DNA from: a virus
IMG/VR virus record: IMGVR_UViG_3300020442_000008
Coordinates: 64,599-128,598 of that record
Strand: one strand, 5' to 3'
DNA length: 64,000 bases
Below, piece after piece: positions 1-8,332 of the stretch. The notes beneath the pieces were generated by a model, which saw only the letters and a program-made list of their open reading frames with translations, was not told the DNA's origin and did not search any database. Numbering within the stretch: position 1 is the stretch's first letter; the number at the start of each line of letters is the position of its first letter. The translations under genes were made by a program, and so were the position numbers.

Positions 1-36
1 TGAATTTTATGACAAATATAATAAAGATGAGGATGA

Positions 37-246
37 ATGATGAGTGAATTAACACGAAATATAAATGCTTTGTTAGATGAATATAATAATATTAAACAAA
101 ATAAATCAAATACAGACGACACTATTGAAAATATAATTAGTGATATAAATAAATTAACTAATAATGGTCGAAATGTTAGTGATATATTTACAAATATATA
201 TTATATAAACGATAATATGGAAGATAAGCGTTGTGCAGTTAGCTGA
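37..246 (+). CDS. hypothetical protein (very AT-rich)
   Basis: ORF with GAGGA upstream; no recognisable motif. Confidence 0.45.
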   Translation: MMSELTRNINALLDEYNNIKQNKSNTDDTIENIISDINKLTNNGRNVSDIFTNIYYINDNMEDKRCAVS

Positions 247-460
247 AGATCAGATTGCAAGTGAGATTTTGGCAAATAAACACAATGCCACTAATATTGA
301 TCTTTATAAACTAGAAATAATTGATAAAACAATTAATGAAATTATATTGATTTATGAAAATAAAAATATAAATGATTTAATCGAAATTATGAATGGTTTT
401 GACCTCAATAAATATAGTAGAAGATTGACTGGAACTGATATGTATTTGTGGGAAACTTAA
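233..460 (+). CDS. hypothetical protein
   Basis: ORF overlapping the previous one; start uncertain. Confidence 0.4.
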   Translation: MQLAEDQIASEILANKHNATNIDLYKLEIIDKTINEIILIYENKNINDLIEIMNGFDLNKYSRRLTGTDMYLWET

Positions 461-599
461 TATTGCATTATATATCAAGCAATAAACGAAATTAAGATTG
501 AATTTGAGCCAAATAAGATTATATCTCACCTTTATGCCTTATATATCAAGCAGTTATGTCGATAAAATGAAAAAAAATCGACATTTCAAAAAAAAAGTG

Positions 600-628
600 T
601 TGACAAGGGCGACATATTTTGCGATACT
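600..628 (+). promoter_or_regulatory. sigma70-type promoter, leaderless
   Basis: TTGACA(600)-17 bp-GATACT(623), A-tract upstream, ATG 6 nt after the -10 box. Confidence 0.8.
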
Positions 629-634
629 TAAACC

Positions 635-880
635 ATGACAACGATTAAAAGCACTCTTGAAACGCTCCGCAAGCAACGCAACCTTGCGGATGAGGTATCT
701 AACTTAGGTTCATACATGAGCGGAAACACATCCGAGCTTGTACAACACATAGGTTTTCTAGGAGATAAGATAGAAGACCAAGCACAAATGACTAATGGTT
801 ATTTAGATGATATAAGATCATCAATAGATAAGAATACAGAAGCTTTACAAAGAATTGCAGATATAATTGCAAGAAGATAA
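635..880 (+). CDS. hypothetical early protein (coiled-coil like)
   Basis: ORF starts at the predicted TSS of the 600-628 promoter. Confidence 0.75.
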   Translation: MTTIKSTLETLRKQRNLADEVSNLGSYMSGNTSELVQHIGFLGDKIEDQAQMTNGYLDDIRSSIDKNTEALQRIADIIARR

Positions 881-906
881 ATAATAACACTAATATAAAT
901 ATAATT

Positions 907-1107
907 ATGAGTATTGCGAAAAACGCTAGAGCATCACAGATTATGTCGAATGTCAGCAACGGACATTATGTAAAGAACGGAAAGTTTGCGAATTTCGGGT
1001 CTATTCCCGAAGATAGCATCTACTACCACACTTGGTTGGCAGAGAAGGCAGATCGTAAACGCAAAGAGCGAGAAGCTCAAGCCCTTGCGAAAGGAGTTCG
1101 GGCATGA
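907..1107 (+). CDS. hypothetical protein
   Basis: ORF co-oriented in the early cluster. Confidence 0.7.
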   Translation: MSIAKNARASQIMSNVSNGHYVKNGKFANFGSIPEDSIYYHTWLAEKADRKRKEREAQALAKGVRA

Positions 1108-1280
1108 TTGACGCTTTTGATAAACAATCAGTTAATATATGTAAAAAGATTCGGGGTATACTTGAAGCAGAACTCGATCTTAATATAAAGGATCATGGAT
1201 TATGGAGGATACAATGCTTAATACATGATGAACTGAAAGAAAATAAAGAAATTCAAAAAAAGGTATTGACAAATAACTAA
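1104..1280 (+). CDS. hypothetical 58-aa protein (below ORF-track cutoff)
   Basis: ATGA overlap with the previous ORF, open to TAA at 1278. Confidence 0.55.
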   Translation: MIDAFDKQSVNICKKIRGILEAELDLNIKDHGLWRIQCLIHDELKENKEIQKKVLTNN

Positions 1281-1294
1281 ATATATAGTATTAT
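1266..1294 (+). promoter_or_regulatory. sigma70-type promoter of ncRNA candidate
   Basis: TTGACA(1266)-17 bp-TATTAT(1289). Confidence 0.8.
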
Positions 1295-1306
1295 TAATAC
1301 ATAACA

Positions 1307-1352
1307 ATTGAGAAAGAAACTCAATCAAATAAAATATAATTGATCTTTAACA
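1307..1352 (+). promoter_or_regulatory. boxB-like hairpin plus boxA-like antitermination signal
   Basis: ATTGAG-AAAGAAA-CTCAAT hairpin (1307-1325); TGATCTTTAACA (1341-1352) is one mismatch from rrn boxA TGCTCTTTAACA. Confidence 0.55.
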
Positions 1353-1364
1353 TTTTTTTAACAC

Positions 1365-1667
1365 TTTGGAAGGGCTTATAATCCTTCCTGTGGGTGACTG
1401 AATAAGCCTGTCGTGAGCGGGCTAAAGTACGCAGACTTCCTGTGGTGGGAGTGCAGAGTCCAATCGGATGAGCAAAAGATGTAGACCTTGTCTAGTCTGT
1501 GGTTTGAAGTAGGTACACCATTGAACTGATGTTCACGCCGAAAAAATGGAGGTATTCAGTAGTCCTCCCCCACATCTATTTACATAGGCAAATATGCGGA
1601 GGTTGTGTGTTGCCTCTAGTGACTATCATCGCCTGTTGGGTAACTCAATAAAAGCCTAGCAAACTCT
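1365..1667 (+). ncRNA. candidate structured non-coding RNA, family not recognised
   Basis: GC-richer, no ORF of 60 aa or more, between a promoter and an intrinsic terminator; nested stems including ACTGAATA(1397)/TATTCAGT(1553) and GTGGG(1390)/CCCAC(1569). Confidence 0.65.
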
Positions 1668-1702
1668 AAAAACCCTCATCTTTCGAGATGGGGGTTTTTT
1701 TT
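1668..1702 (+). terminator. intrinsic terminator
   Basis: AAAAACCCTCATCT-TTCG-AGATGGGGGTTTTT hairpin with T-tract. Confidence 0.85.
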
Positions 1703-1739
1703 GTTTGACAAGATCCACCACCTAGTCTACTATGGTAGC

Positions 1740-1997
1740 ATGATTACATTAAAAAACATACTATCACACTACGGGTACATCAACTCAGATCAACTCGCAG
1801 AACTTAACGAACACTTCCCTCACATGAAGGTGGTAATTAAATGGGGTGGACTTCCTCGTGAACGAGTCCCTGTTTGGAAGGCAATAGAAACCATCGAGAG
1901 AGTCGAGAGGGAGAACATTGACTATTGCAGAGAGGTATTTCTCTCGGCAACCGATTGCGAGAATCTTCGCAAAGCTTTACATATAGCCACTAATTAA
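1740..1997 (+). CDS. hypothetical protein (start revised to 1740)
   Basis: TTGACA(1705)-17-TACTAT(1728), ATG 6 nt later. Confidence 0.7.
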   Translation: MITLKNILSHYGYINSDQLAELNEHFPHMKVVIKWGGLPRERVPVWKAIETIERVERENIDYCREVFLSATDCENLRKALHIATN

Positions 1998-2005
1998 CAT
2001 ATATT

Positions 2006-2251
2006 ATGAAGTATCAAGCAGAACGAAATGCAGTTGAGTTTGGTTTATTGGATATTGAAGATAGAATACATGACAATGACCATAGACTAGACTTCGCTCA
2101 AAAACAAGAGATTCAAGGTAGAACAGACTTAATCAGATTACTATTGAAAAGAAATCTACCATTGAAAGCTAAACAACAATTAAAATTCTTAGATAGATAT
2201 ATTGATCAATGCTTATATAATGATTATATGATACATGATTATTTATCTTGA
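2006..2251 (+). CDS. hypothetical protein
   Basis: ORF in operon-like spacing. Confidence 0.65.
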   Translation: MKYQAERNAVEFGLLDIEDRIHDNDHRLDFAQKQEIQGRTDLIRLLLKRNLPLKAKQQLKFLDRYIDQCLYNDYMIHDYLS

Positions 2252-2282
2252 CCTTTATTCTAAACTTAACTAGTATTATACT

Positions 2283-2864
2283 ATGATAAATCCACTAGAA
2301 GTAACTAACTACAATCGTTCTCAATCCGAACTACAGGAGTTCCTGTTGTTTTGCATCAATGTCGCAGGTAAGAAATCTGCTGTCGAAGCACCCAAGCTAG
2401 AAGTATTCCTGCAGAGGGTAAGAGACCTCACGAAGTCGGACTCACCATTTGAAGGACTCAGGATACTCCAGAAAGAAGGGAACCTGCAGTCCATCATGCA
2501 TTGGGCAGCAATCAGTCCATACAGGCAGCGTTACAACAGTTACCAAGATGTTCTATCCCTAGGCAACCTGCGTTCAGTAACACTTCCAAGACTCATGAAG
2601 GTTCGAGGCGTTGGGCTTAAAACTGCACGATTCTTCCTTTCGCATTCTCGTGAAGACTTCGACGAACCAATGCTGGACACACACATTCTACAGTTCCTGA
2701 GAGACCAAGGATATCGTAACGCCCCGAAGAGCACCCCACAAAACGAAGGTATTTATAATTATTACGCAAATGTCTTCAAGATGTTTGCTCGGACACTTGG
2801 TCAATCTGTAACCGACTTAGACTTGACCATCTGGAAACAGTACTCACAAACCACAAACAACTAA
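2283..2864 (+). CDS. HhH-GPD superfamily DNA glycosylase (Ogg/N-glycosylase-lyase-like)
   Basis: helix-hairpin-helix LMKVRGVGLKTARFFL followed by LDTHI (catalytic Lys/Asp pattern); own leaderless promoter TTGACC(2248)/TAGTAT(2271). Confidence 0.75.
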   Translation: MINPLEVTNYNRSQSELQEFLLFCINVAGKKSAVEAPKLEVFLQRVRDLTKSDSPFEGLRILQKEGNLQSIMHWAAISPYRQRYNSYQDVLSLGNLRSVTLPRLMKVRGVGLKTARFFLSHSREDFDEPMLDTHILQFLRDQGYRNAPKSTPQNEGIYNYYANVFKMFARTLGQSVTDLDLTIWKQYSQTTNN

Positions 2865-2865
2865 A

Positions 2866-2940
2866 TTGGAACTATTAATTATACTGGTAACAGGTATACT
2901 TATGGGAATAAAATTAGCAATAGAAAGTTGGAAAGATTAA
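2866..2940 (+). CDS. small single-pass membrane peptide (24 aa)
   Basis: TTG start 1 nt after the previous stop; MELLIILVTGILMGIKLAIESWKD. Confidence 0.4.
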   Translation: MELLIILVTGILMGIKLAIESWKD

Positions 2941-3038
2941 TTGCTTAGATATATGAACTAATGAAATTCGAAATAAGTGAATCGCAAATATGAAAATATT
3001 AAATAACAAGTCAATATATTTTAATCAGAGGGCGCCGC

Positions 3039-3118
3039 CCATCATACTGACTATCAAGGACTTATGAAATTTCGCCAAGTCAAAAACTTGCGTAAGTCTC
3101 CGGCAATCAAAGACTTAC
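3039..3118. repeat. paired 27-bp pseudo-palindrome element 1
   Basis: CCATCATACTG-ACTAT-CAAGGACTTAT (3039) and GTAAGTCTCCG-GCAAT-CAAAGACTTAC (3092); 53-bp period. Confidence 0.75.
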
Positions 3119-3184
3119 AACAAAAGTAATTAAAAAGCAAAAAAGGTGTTGACAGGACGACATTCTTTCTCTAGTATAGTATAC

Positions 3185-3553
3185 ATGATGAAAAACGATA
3201 TGCCTATAAACGAATTATTAAACTTCGATGATCTTGTTTTCAAGCCACATCGCCATGCCGACGGAGTTCAAGCTGTGCTTGACTTGGGAAACGATCTTTC
3301 GATCTCTGTCGTTGCAAACAATGACGGAGGGCAAGGGTTATATGGTCAAGTCAGTGATGGTCTGTACGAAGTTGCAGTCTTTTACAAGAATGATATGATT
3401 CCTCTCTCTCCTGCAGATGATGTTGTGGGTTGGCAATCTCCTAACCAAATCTCTTATATGATGATGAAGGCTCAAGTAGAAGGGTTTTATTGGGTTGATG
3501 AGCTTAAGGATGCAAAAAGAGAGTATAGAAGAGAATTCGAGCTTGACAATTAA
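3185..3553 (+). CDS. hypothetical phage protein (start revised to 3185)
   Basis: TTGACA(3149)-17-TAGTAT(3172), then ATG; contains GLYG...GLYEVAV. Confidence 0.75.
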   Translation: MMKNDMPINELLNFDDLVFKPHRHADGVQAVLDLGNDLSISVVANNDGGQGLYGQVSDGLYEVAVFYKNDMIPLSPADDVVGWQSPNQISYMMMKAQVEGFYWVDELKDAKREYRREFELDN

Positions 3554-3577
3554 TTACCATTAGTATAGGATGATATT

Positions 3578-3802
3578 ATGACAGACGCAGAATTAGTAAT
3601 GCAAATCGTTAAAGGAAATCTTGCTTGGCAAGATCCAATGTCTAAGGTTTGCCTCGATCAACATGAGCGACATCCCGAAAAGTTCCCTTTGGGTAGTACC
3701 TTTCAGTCATTCGATGAAGTTTTAGACGACATCATTTTTGACTTGACATCTTTACGAGATGAGCGTAGAATAGAATCATCTTTTCAATCAGCACAACTAT
3801 AA
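3578..3802 (+). CDS. hypothetical protein
   Basis: leaderless promoter TTGACA(3543)/TAGGAT(3566). Confidence 0.7.
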   Translation: MTDAELVMQIVKGNLAWQDPMSKVCLDQHERHPEKFPLGSTFQSFDEVLDDIIFDLTSLRDERRIESSFQSAQL

Positions 3803-3813
3803 CCAAAGAAATT

Positions 3814-4038
3814 ATGTTAACAGATAAAAACCAAATCGCAGAGTTTAGACTCCGCACTCTTCACAAAATGCTAAAGCTTGAAATTCTTGGGATGAAACGC
3901 AGAGGTCAATCGGCTTATGCAATCATAAAGCAAGAAACGGGTCTCACGGGATCAAAGCAAAAAGTTTACGACAAACTAGATGCTTTTCTGAATCCTCAAC
4001 ATGATGTAGAAATGGAAAGGGCAATCTACAATGGGTAA
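3814..4038 (+). CDS. hypothetical protein
   Basis: ORF in cluster. Confidence 0.7.
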   Translation: MLTDKNQIAEFRLRTLHKMLKLEILGMKRRGQSAYAIIKQETGLTGSKQKVYDKLDAFLNPQHDVEMERAIYNG

Positions 4039-4241
4039 GAAGAATAAAGAAAAAGGCATTCCTAGCCAAGAAGCTCATTTGCACTTGCATAAAGTGGCAA
4101 AGAAATCCTCTCACACGGGCAACAAACCTCTTGTTCCACACATTAACAATCCTAATGTTATGGTTACTCAAAAGGTGAGAAAAGCCCAAGAATCGAAAAA
4201 AAACTCTTGACTTTTAACCCATAATTTGAGATACTTATATC

Positions 4242-4511
4242 ATGTTAGATTATATTGAAGCAAACTGCGTTTTACCGCCACTTGAAAACAAACCATCCTA
4301 CAACGAAGAATCGGGCTTATGGGAACTATACTTTGAGGAGCTTTTACCATCATGGTATGTTAGAGGTGAAGACGAACACCCCGACCTTATCACTCTCAAT
4401 TTCGAGACTTGGGATCAAGTCCAAAACACTTTACTACAACTAGAACAAATCAAACATGAAAGGGACGCTTATGAAGCTACTGAGCAAGATCAAGAATCTG
4501 TTCTCTCCTAA
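4242..4511 (+). CDS. acidic hypothetical protein
   Basis: leaderless promoter TTGACT(4207)/GATACT(4230). Confidence 0.7.
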   Translation: MLDYIEANCVLPPLENKPSYNEESGLWELYFEELLPSWYVRGEDEHPDLITLNFETWDQVQNTLLQLEQIKHERDAYEATEQDQESVLS

Positions 4512-4701
4512 GTACCAAGTGGTATATACCACTCAAGACGGACGGACTGAACGCTATACAATCAACAAACCATCATATGAGTATGAGTTTGGCAACAATC
4601 ACGAAGGAAAGAAAGTCGTTGGCTTTCGCTCCTACTGCCACAATCGGCATGGTGTACGCTCTTTTCGTTACGATAGAGTTGTCGCACTAGAAAGGGCATA
4701 A
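4456..4701 (+). CDS. stand-alone WYL-like domain protein
   Basis: YTTQDGRTERYTI...FRSYCHNRHGVRSFRYDRV matches the WYL pattern; start may be 4471. Confidence 0.65.
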   Translation: MKGTLMKLLSKIKNLFSPKYQVVYTTQDGRTERYTINKPSYEYEFGNNHEGKKVVGFRSYCHNRHGVRSFRYDRVVALERA

Positions 4702-4704
4702 TCC

Positions 4705-4863
4705 ATGAATATAATTGCCTTAAAGAAACAGATTCGCCAACTCGGCTACGAGCTAATGCTTGCAGAAGTTAGCGATTCTTATTGCGAAGACTTCGTAGAG
4801 AAAAGGAAGCTCCACGACTCCTTGCTAGAGCAACTCTACAAGGCGGAAAAAAGAGTTTTCTGA
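4705..4863 (+). CDS. hypothetical 52-aa protein
   Basis: ATG 3 nt after the previous stop; ends just before element 2. Confidence 0.5.
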   Translation: MNIIALKKQIRQLGYELMLAEVSDSYCEDFVEKRKLHDSLLEQLYKAEKRVF

Positions 4864-4874
4864 TCTTTACCCTC

Positions 4875-4956
4875 CTAAACCATTATCCCCCAAGCACTTG
4901 GGGGATTTTTGGCATAGGCCGGCCGGCCCGTAAGTCCTTGGTATAGAGTGAGTTAA
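4875..4956. repeat. paired 27-bp pseudo-palindrome element 2
   Basis: CTAAACCATTA-TCCCC-CAAGCACTTGG (4875) and GTAAGTCCTTG-GTATA-GAGTGAGTTAA (4930); 55-bp period; first unit overlaps a terminator-like hairpin ATCCCCCAAG/CTTGGGGGAT-TTTT. Confidence 0.7.
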
Positions 4957-5027
4957 GCAACAAAAAAAATGTGTTTATTAGTCATTTTATGCTTGCAGTT
5001 TGCACCGATTCTGTCATACTTATAGTT

Positions 5028-5261
5028 ATGATAATTAATGAAGAATACCAATCGGATGAAAACCCTAACGCTGAACTCGTTGTCGAGGCAATCATGGATC
5101 AGATCGCAACTATCCTTATTCAACCTATGCACGACAAACTTACCGCTGAAGATCAACTGACCCTTGGTCTTGTGGCAAATGCCCTAAAAGTATTGGGCAA
5201 GAAAGCTCAAGCATATGAAAACTTGGAAAACGGAGAACTTCCCCAAGATTGGAAAAATTAG
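5028..5261 (+). CDS. hypothetical protein (start revised to 5028)
   Basis: TTGCAG(4993)/CATACT(5015) promoter-like site, then ATG. Confidence 0.65.
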   Translation: MIINEEYQSDENPNAELVVEAIMDQIATILIQPMHDKLTAEDQLTLGLVANALKVLGKKAQAYENLENGELPQDWKN

Positions 5262-5331
5262 TGCTTGACTTTTTATATATTTTCACTTATACTTATATCA
5301 TAACAATCGAAAATCCTAAACTTAAAAAATT

Positions 5332-6129
5332 ATGTTAGATACAACTCAAGAAACTCCTCGTCTTAACCTTCGCATTTGCGGTAACAGATCAACAATCGTT
5401 GACATGGATGCCGTTCGTAGAGTACCAACTCCACAAGCAACGAATCGTTGGAAACCTATTGCACACTCAAAAGTTGTCGATACAACTCGAAACACTCTTG
5501 AGGATAAAGGTTTTGAAATTCTCAACGAATGTCACAATGTCACCAAAGGTGGCGAGCATTACTTTGGAATGTTCCAAGTTAATCATGCTGACCTTTCCGA
5601 TAATGGCGGTGAGCGTGGTTGCGTTGTGGGCATGAGAAATTCCCATGACAAACTTTTCGCAGCAGGTCTGTGTGCAGGTGACGCACCATTCATCTGTGAC
5701 AATCTTATTTTTCACAACGAAGTTGTCTTCACTCGCAAACATGTTGGCGATGTTTATGGAGAACTCGTAACAAGGGTGAACAAAATCACCGAGTATCTTA
5801 TTCCTATGTGGACTCGTCAAAATGATCGTGTGCAAGCCTACAAAGACCTTGCGGTCAATGATCGTGAAGCTCAGCATCTCATTTTCGATGTTTACGAAGC
5901 AGGAATTAAGACTAATTTGATTGGCAAGTCTATGCTCGCTCAAGCGTGGGAGCAATGGAAAGATTCTGACCACAAGGTTTTCCAAGACCGCAATCTCAAT
6001 TCATTGTACAATGCTTTCACAGAAGTGAGCAAAGGACGCAATGTTATGCACTTGCCCAAACGCTCTGAAATTTTCCACAACGCTTTTGATCCTGTCGCAG
6101 GGGTTGAAGCAGTCGAACTTGTCGCTTAA
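5332..6129 (+). CDS. DUF932-family phage/plasmid protein
   Basis: GMRNSHDK...FICDNL motif; promoter TTGACT(5265)/TATACT(5288). Confidence 0.75.
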   Translation: MLDTTQETPRLNLRICGNRSTIVDMDAVRRVPTPQATNRWKPIAHSKVVDTTRNTLEDKGFEILNECHNVTKGGEHYFGMFQVNHADLSDNGGERGCVVGMRNSHDKLFAAGLCAGDAPFICDNLIFHNEVVFTRKHVGDVYGELVTRVNKITEYLIPMWTRQNDRVQAYKDLAVNDREAQHLIFDVYEAGIKTNLIGKSMLAQAWEQWKDSDHKVFQDRNLNSLYNAFTEVSKGRNVMHLPKRSEIFHNAFDPVAGVEAVELVA

Positions 6130-6158
6130 TTTTAACACTAAAACAAAGGATATACATT

Positions 6159-6386
6159 ATGAAATGCCGTAATCTCAACGAAGTACTCGATTCACGCAAA
6201 GGACGATTTGTTTCCGTCCTTCTAAAGAATGGTCTGAAGCGTGAGCTTTATTCAGCTAAAGTTCACGACTACAATTCTAAAGTCGTCCGTTTCCGTGACA
6301 CTAATGGAGGCGAGCGTAGAGTTGACCGCTCTATGGTTGTAAGGGCTAAGGTTGCCGAGCGTTATTTCAAACGCTCAAGGAGTTAA
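6159..6386 (+). CDS. small basic hypothetical protein
   Basis: AAGGA SD upstream; followed by a terminator. Confidence 0.7.
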   Translation: MKCRNLNEVLDSRKGRFVSVLLKNGLKRELYSAKVHDYNSKVVRFRDTNGGERRVDRSMVVRAKVAERYFKRSRS

Positions 6387-6401
6387 CCAAAGCTCTCCTT
6401 C

Positions 6402-6433
6402 AAAAAACCCTTGGGAAACCAAGGGTTTTTTTT
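6402..6433 (+). terminator. intrinsic terminator
   Basis: AAAAAACCCTTGG-GAAA-CCAAGGGTTTTTTTT. Confidence 0.85.
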
Positions 6434-6438
6434 GTGCC

Positions 6439-6520
6439 CTAAGTTATTTACTATCAAGGACTTCCAGGCTTGCCGGCCCAGGCAAAACTTGGCGTAAGTC
6501 TTTGATTATCAGGTGTTTGA
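6439..6520. repeat. paired 27-bp pseudo-palindrome element 3
   Basis: CTAAGTTATTT-ACTAT-CAAGGACTTCC (6439) and GTAAGTCTTTG-ATTAT-CAGGTGTTTGA (6494); 55-bp period. Confidence 0.8.
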
Positions 6521-6575
6521 AGCTTAAGAAAAAAAAGTGTTGACAGGTGCCTAGTTATAGTGTTATAGTATAGGT

Positions 6576-6977
6576 ATGATTAGAACAAAGACAGACTCTC
6601 GCTACGACATCGACTATGACCGTAAGGTGTTCGTATATAAAAACCTTCACAAGAATTGCTGGAGCATCCGCCAGGACGGGTTAGTCAAAGCTCATTCAGA
6701 TGGTTCACCAATTTGCTTATATTCAGCAGTCATGAAAGTTAACCAAAAAGGTCGAGAGCGTGTGATTCGAGAAAAGAGTAAAAATGTTCATGCAGGTATT
6801 TTGGGTTACCTTAGATTTCCTATGATGGAAGTATGGCACGGATGGGTTGACATGATCGAGATTACATATAACCCTTACAAGTATCATTCTTTTGTAGATG
6901 TTGAAAACAAGAAGACAAGATACTTCGCAAGCTTCTGTAAACTTTATCAAGATAAAGTTTTAGTTGATCGTTATTAA
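6576..6977 (+). CDS. conserved-looking phage hypothetical protein
   Basis: VYKNLHKNCWSIR...KNVHAG...ITYNPYK motifs; leaderless promoter TTGACA(6540)/TATAGT(6564). Confidence 0.75.
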   Translation: MIRTKTDSRYDIDYDRKVFVYKNLHKNCWSIRQDGLVKAHSDGSPICLYSAVMKVNQKGRERVIREKSKNVHAGILGYLRFPMMEVWHGWVDMIEITYNPYKYHSFVDVENKKTRYFASFCKLYQDKVLVDRY

Positions 6978-7015
6978 GGGTTGACAAGTTAATTTATTTT
7001 TATTAGTATAGTATC

Positions 7016-7756
7016 ATGATTAAAACAACACTTCTCACATCAGGTAATCAAAAAATTCTCAAAGGAGAAAAAATGGGTTACATCACGAAAGGCATCCACC
7101 TTGCCCCTGCCAATCTTGCGGGCTATGAAGTTTGCCAATGGCGTTCCAAAGGATGCACTGCTTCTTGTCTCAACACGGCTGGTCGTGGGCAAATGAACTC
7201 TGTTCAGCAGTCACGCATTGCCAAGACAAAGCTATTCTTCGAGCAACGCAAAGATTTCATGATTAAGCTTTGCAAAGAAATTGCTTCGACCATTAAGTCG
7301 GCAAGCAAGAAAGAGATGAAAGCAGTTTTCCGTCTCAATCTCACAAGTGACATTAAATGGGAGGATGTTTACATGAAAGATCCAAACTATAACATTTTTG
7401 AATACTTTTGTGCAGAACAATTCTACGACTACACAAAGTCATTTAAGAGAATGTGTGCTTATCTTGGCAAGCCATTCACCAAAGATGAAGCAAAGTTTCC
7501 GTCCAATTATCATCTAACTTTTTCTCGTTCAGAACACAACGATAAGAAGTGTGAAATGGTTCTTGCTATGGGTGGCAATGTTGCCGTGGTGTTTCGCAAT
7601 CAATTACCAAAGACTTGGAAAGGTTACGAAGTTGTTAATGGTGATGAAACTGATTTGCGTTTCCTTGACAAAAAAGGTGTTGTCGTTGGGCTTATCGAAA
7701 AAGGTATGGCAAAGAAAGATGAGACAGGATTCGTGCAAGAAGGTATTGACTCTTAA
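7016..7756 (+). CDS. Gp88-like phage protein with Cys cluster
   Basis: C-x6-C-x3-C (VCQWRSKGCTASCLNTAGRG), RLNLTSDI, FYDYTK, YHLTFSRSE; leaderless promoter TTGACA(6981)/TAGTAT(7004). Confidence 0.65.
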   Translation: MIKTTLLTSGNQKILKGEKMGYITKGIHLAPANLAGYEVCQWRSKGCTASCLNTAGRGQMNSVQQSRIAKTKLFFEQRKDFMIKLCKEIASTIKSASKKEMKAVFRLNLTSDIKWEDVYMKDPNYNIFEYFCAEQFYDYTKSFKRMCAYLGKPFTKDEAKFPSNYHLTFSRSEHNDKKCEMVLAMGGNVAVVFRNQLPKTWKGYEVVNGDETDLRFLDKKGVVVGLIEKGMAKKDETGFVQEGIDS

Positions 7757-7779
7757 TTGCAATTTGATATAATTATAGT

Positions 7780-7989
7780 ATGAGAAAAACAAAATTCATA
7801 TTGACTTTATCAAACGACAAAATTCCAATCATTGCAGAAGTTTGTGCTTTAAGAGTTTTAGAGAATGATGAAAAAGTATTAGGCAAAGCTTGCGTGGAAG
7901 CAAACATTAAGTCAAAAAACTTCATAGACATAACAAGAAAAGCCAACTATAAAGAAGGAAAGTTATATGCTCATGCGGATTATGTATAA
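7780..7989 (+). CDS. hypothetical protein
   Basis: leaderless promoter TTGACT(7746)/TATAAT(7768). Confidence 0.65.
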   Translation: MRKTKFILTLSNDKIPIIAEVCALRVLENDEKVLGKACVEANIKSKNFIDITRKANYKEGKLYAHADYV

Positions 7990-8067
7990 GCGAAAAACCG
8001 CCACGCAAATAGAAGAATGACAAATAGATAAATAGCAAATAGTATATATTTACCAATAAAAAATTCC

Positions 8068-8149
8068 ATAACCTTTTCATTATCAATGACTTATGGGATT
8101 TTTTTGCTAGGCCAGGGTTTGCGTAAGTCTCCGACAATCAAGGACTTAC
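8068..8149. repeat. paired 27-bp pseudo-palindrome element 4 (at convergence point)
   Basis: ATAACCTTTTC-ATTAT-CAATGACTTAT (8068) and GTAAGTCTCCG-ACAAT-CAAGGACTTAC (8123); 55-bp period. Confidence 0.8.
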
Positions 8150-8150
8150 A

Positions 8151-8318
8151 TCACGAGAAAAAAGGATGCTTGACCACTGAAGACATCGGGACACAAACCC
8201 GCCTCTGTGAGCGGTAGACCCTCGCAAGGACGAAGGTCTCGGCTCCGTCTTTGTAAGTGCCCTCGACATGGAGGATTCGCTTTTTATAGTCTACCACGAC
8301 ATCATTTTTTTTAATCAT
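8151..8318 (-). CDS. hypothetical 55-aa protein
   Basis: MIKKNDVVVDYKKRILHVEG...; stop lies 1 nt from element 4. Confidence 0.55.
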   Translation of the reverse strand: MIKKNDVVVDYKKRILHVEGTYKDGAETFVLARVYRSQRRVCVPMSSVVKHPFFS

Positions 8319-8332
8319 AATTTTATCCTATT

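Noticed and set aside
1365-1667. tRNA, tmRNA, RNase P or 6S identity for the ncRNA
   Set aside because: No T-loop GTTCRA/CCA end, no RNase P GAGGAAAGTCC, and the fold is multibranched rather than the 6S rod.
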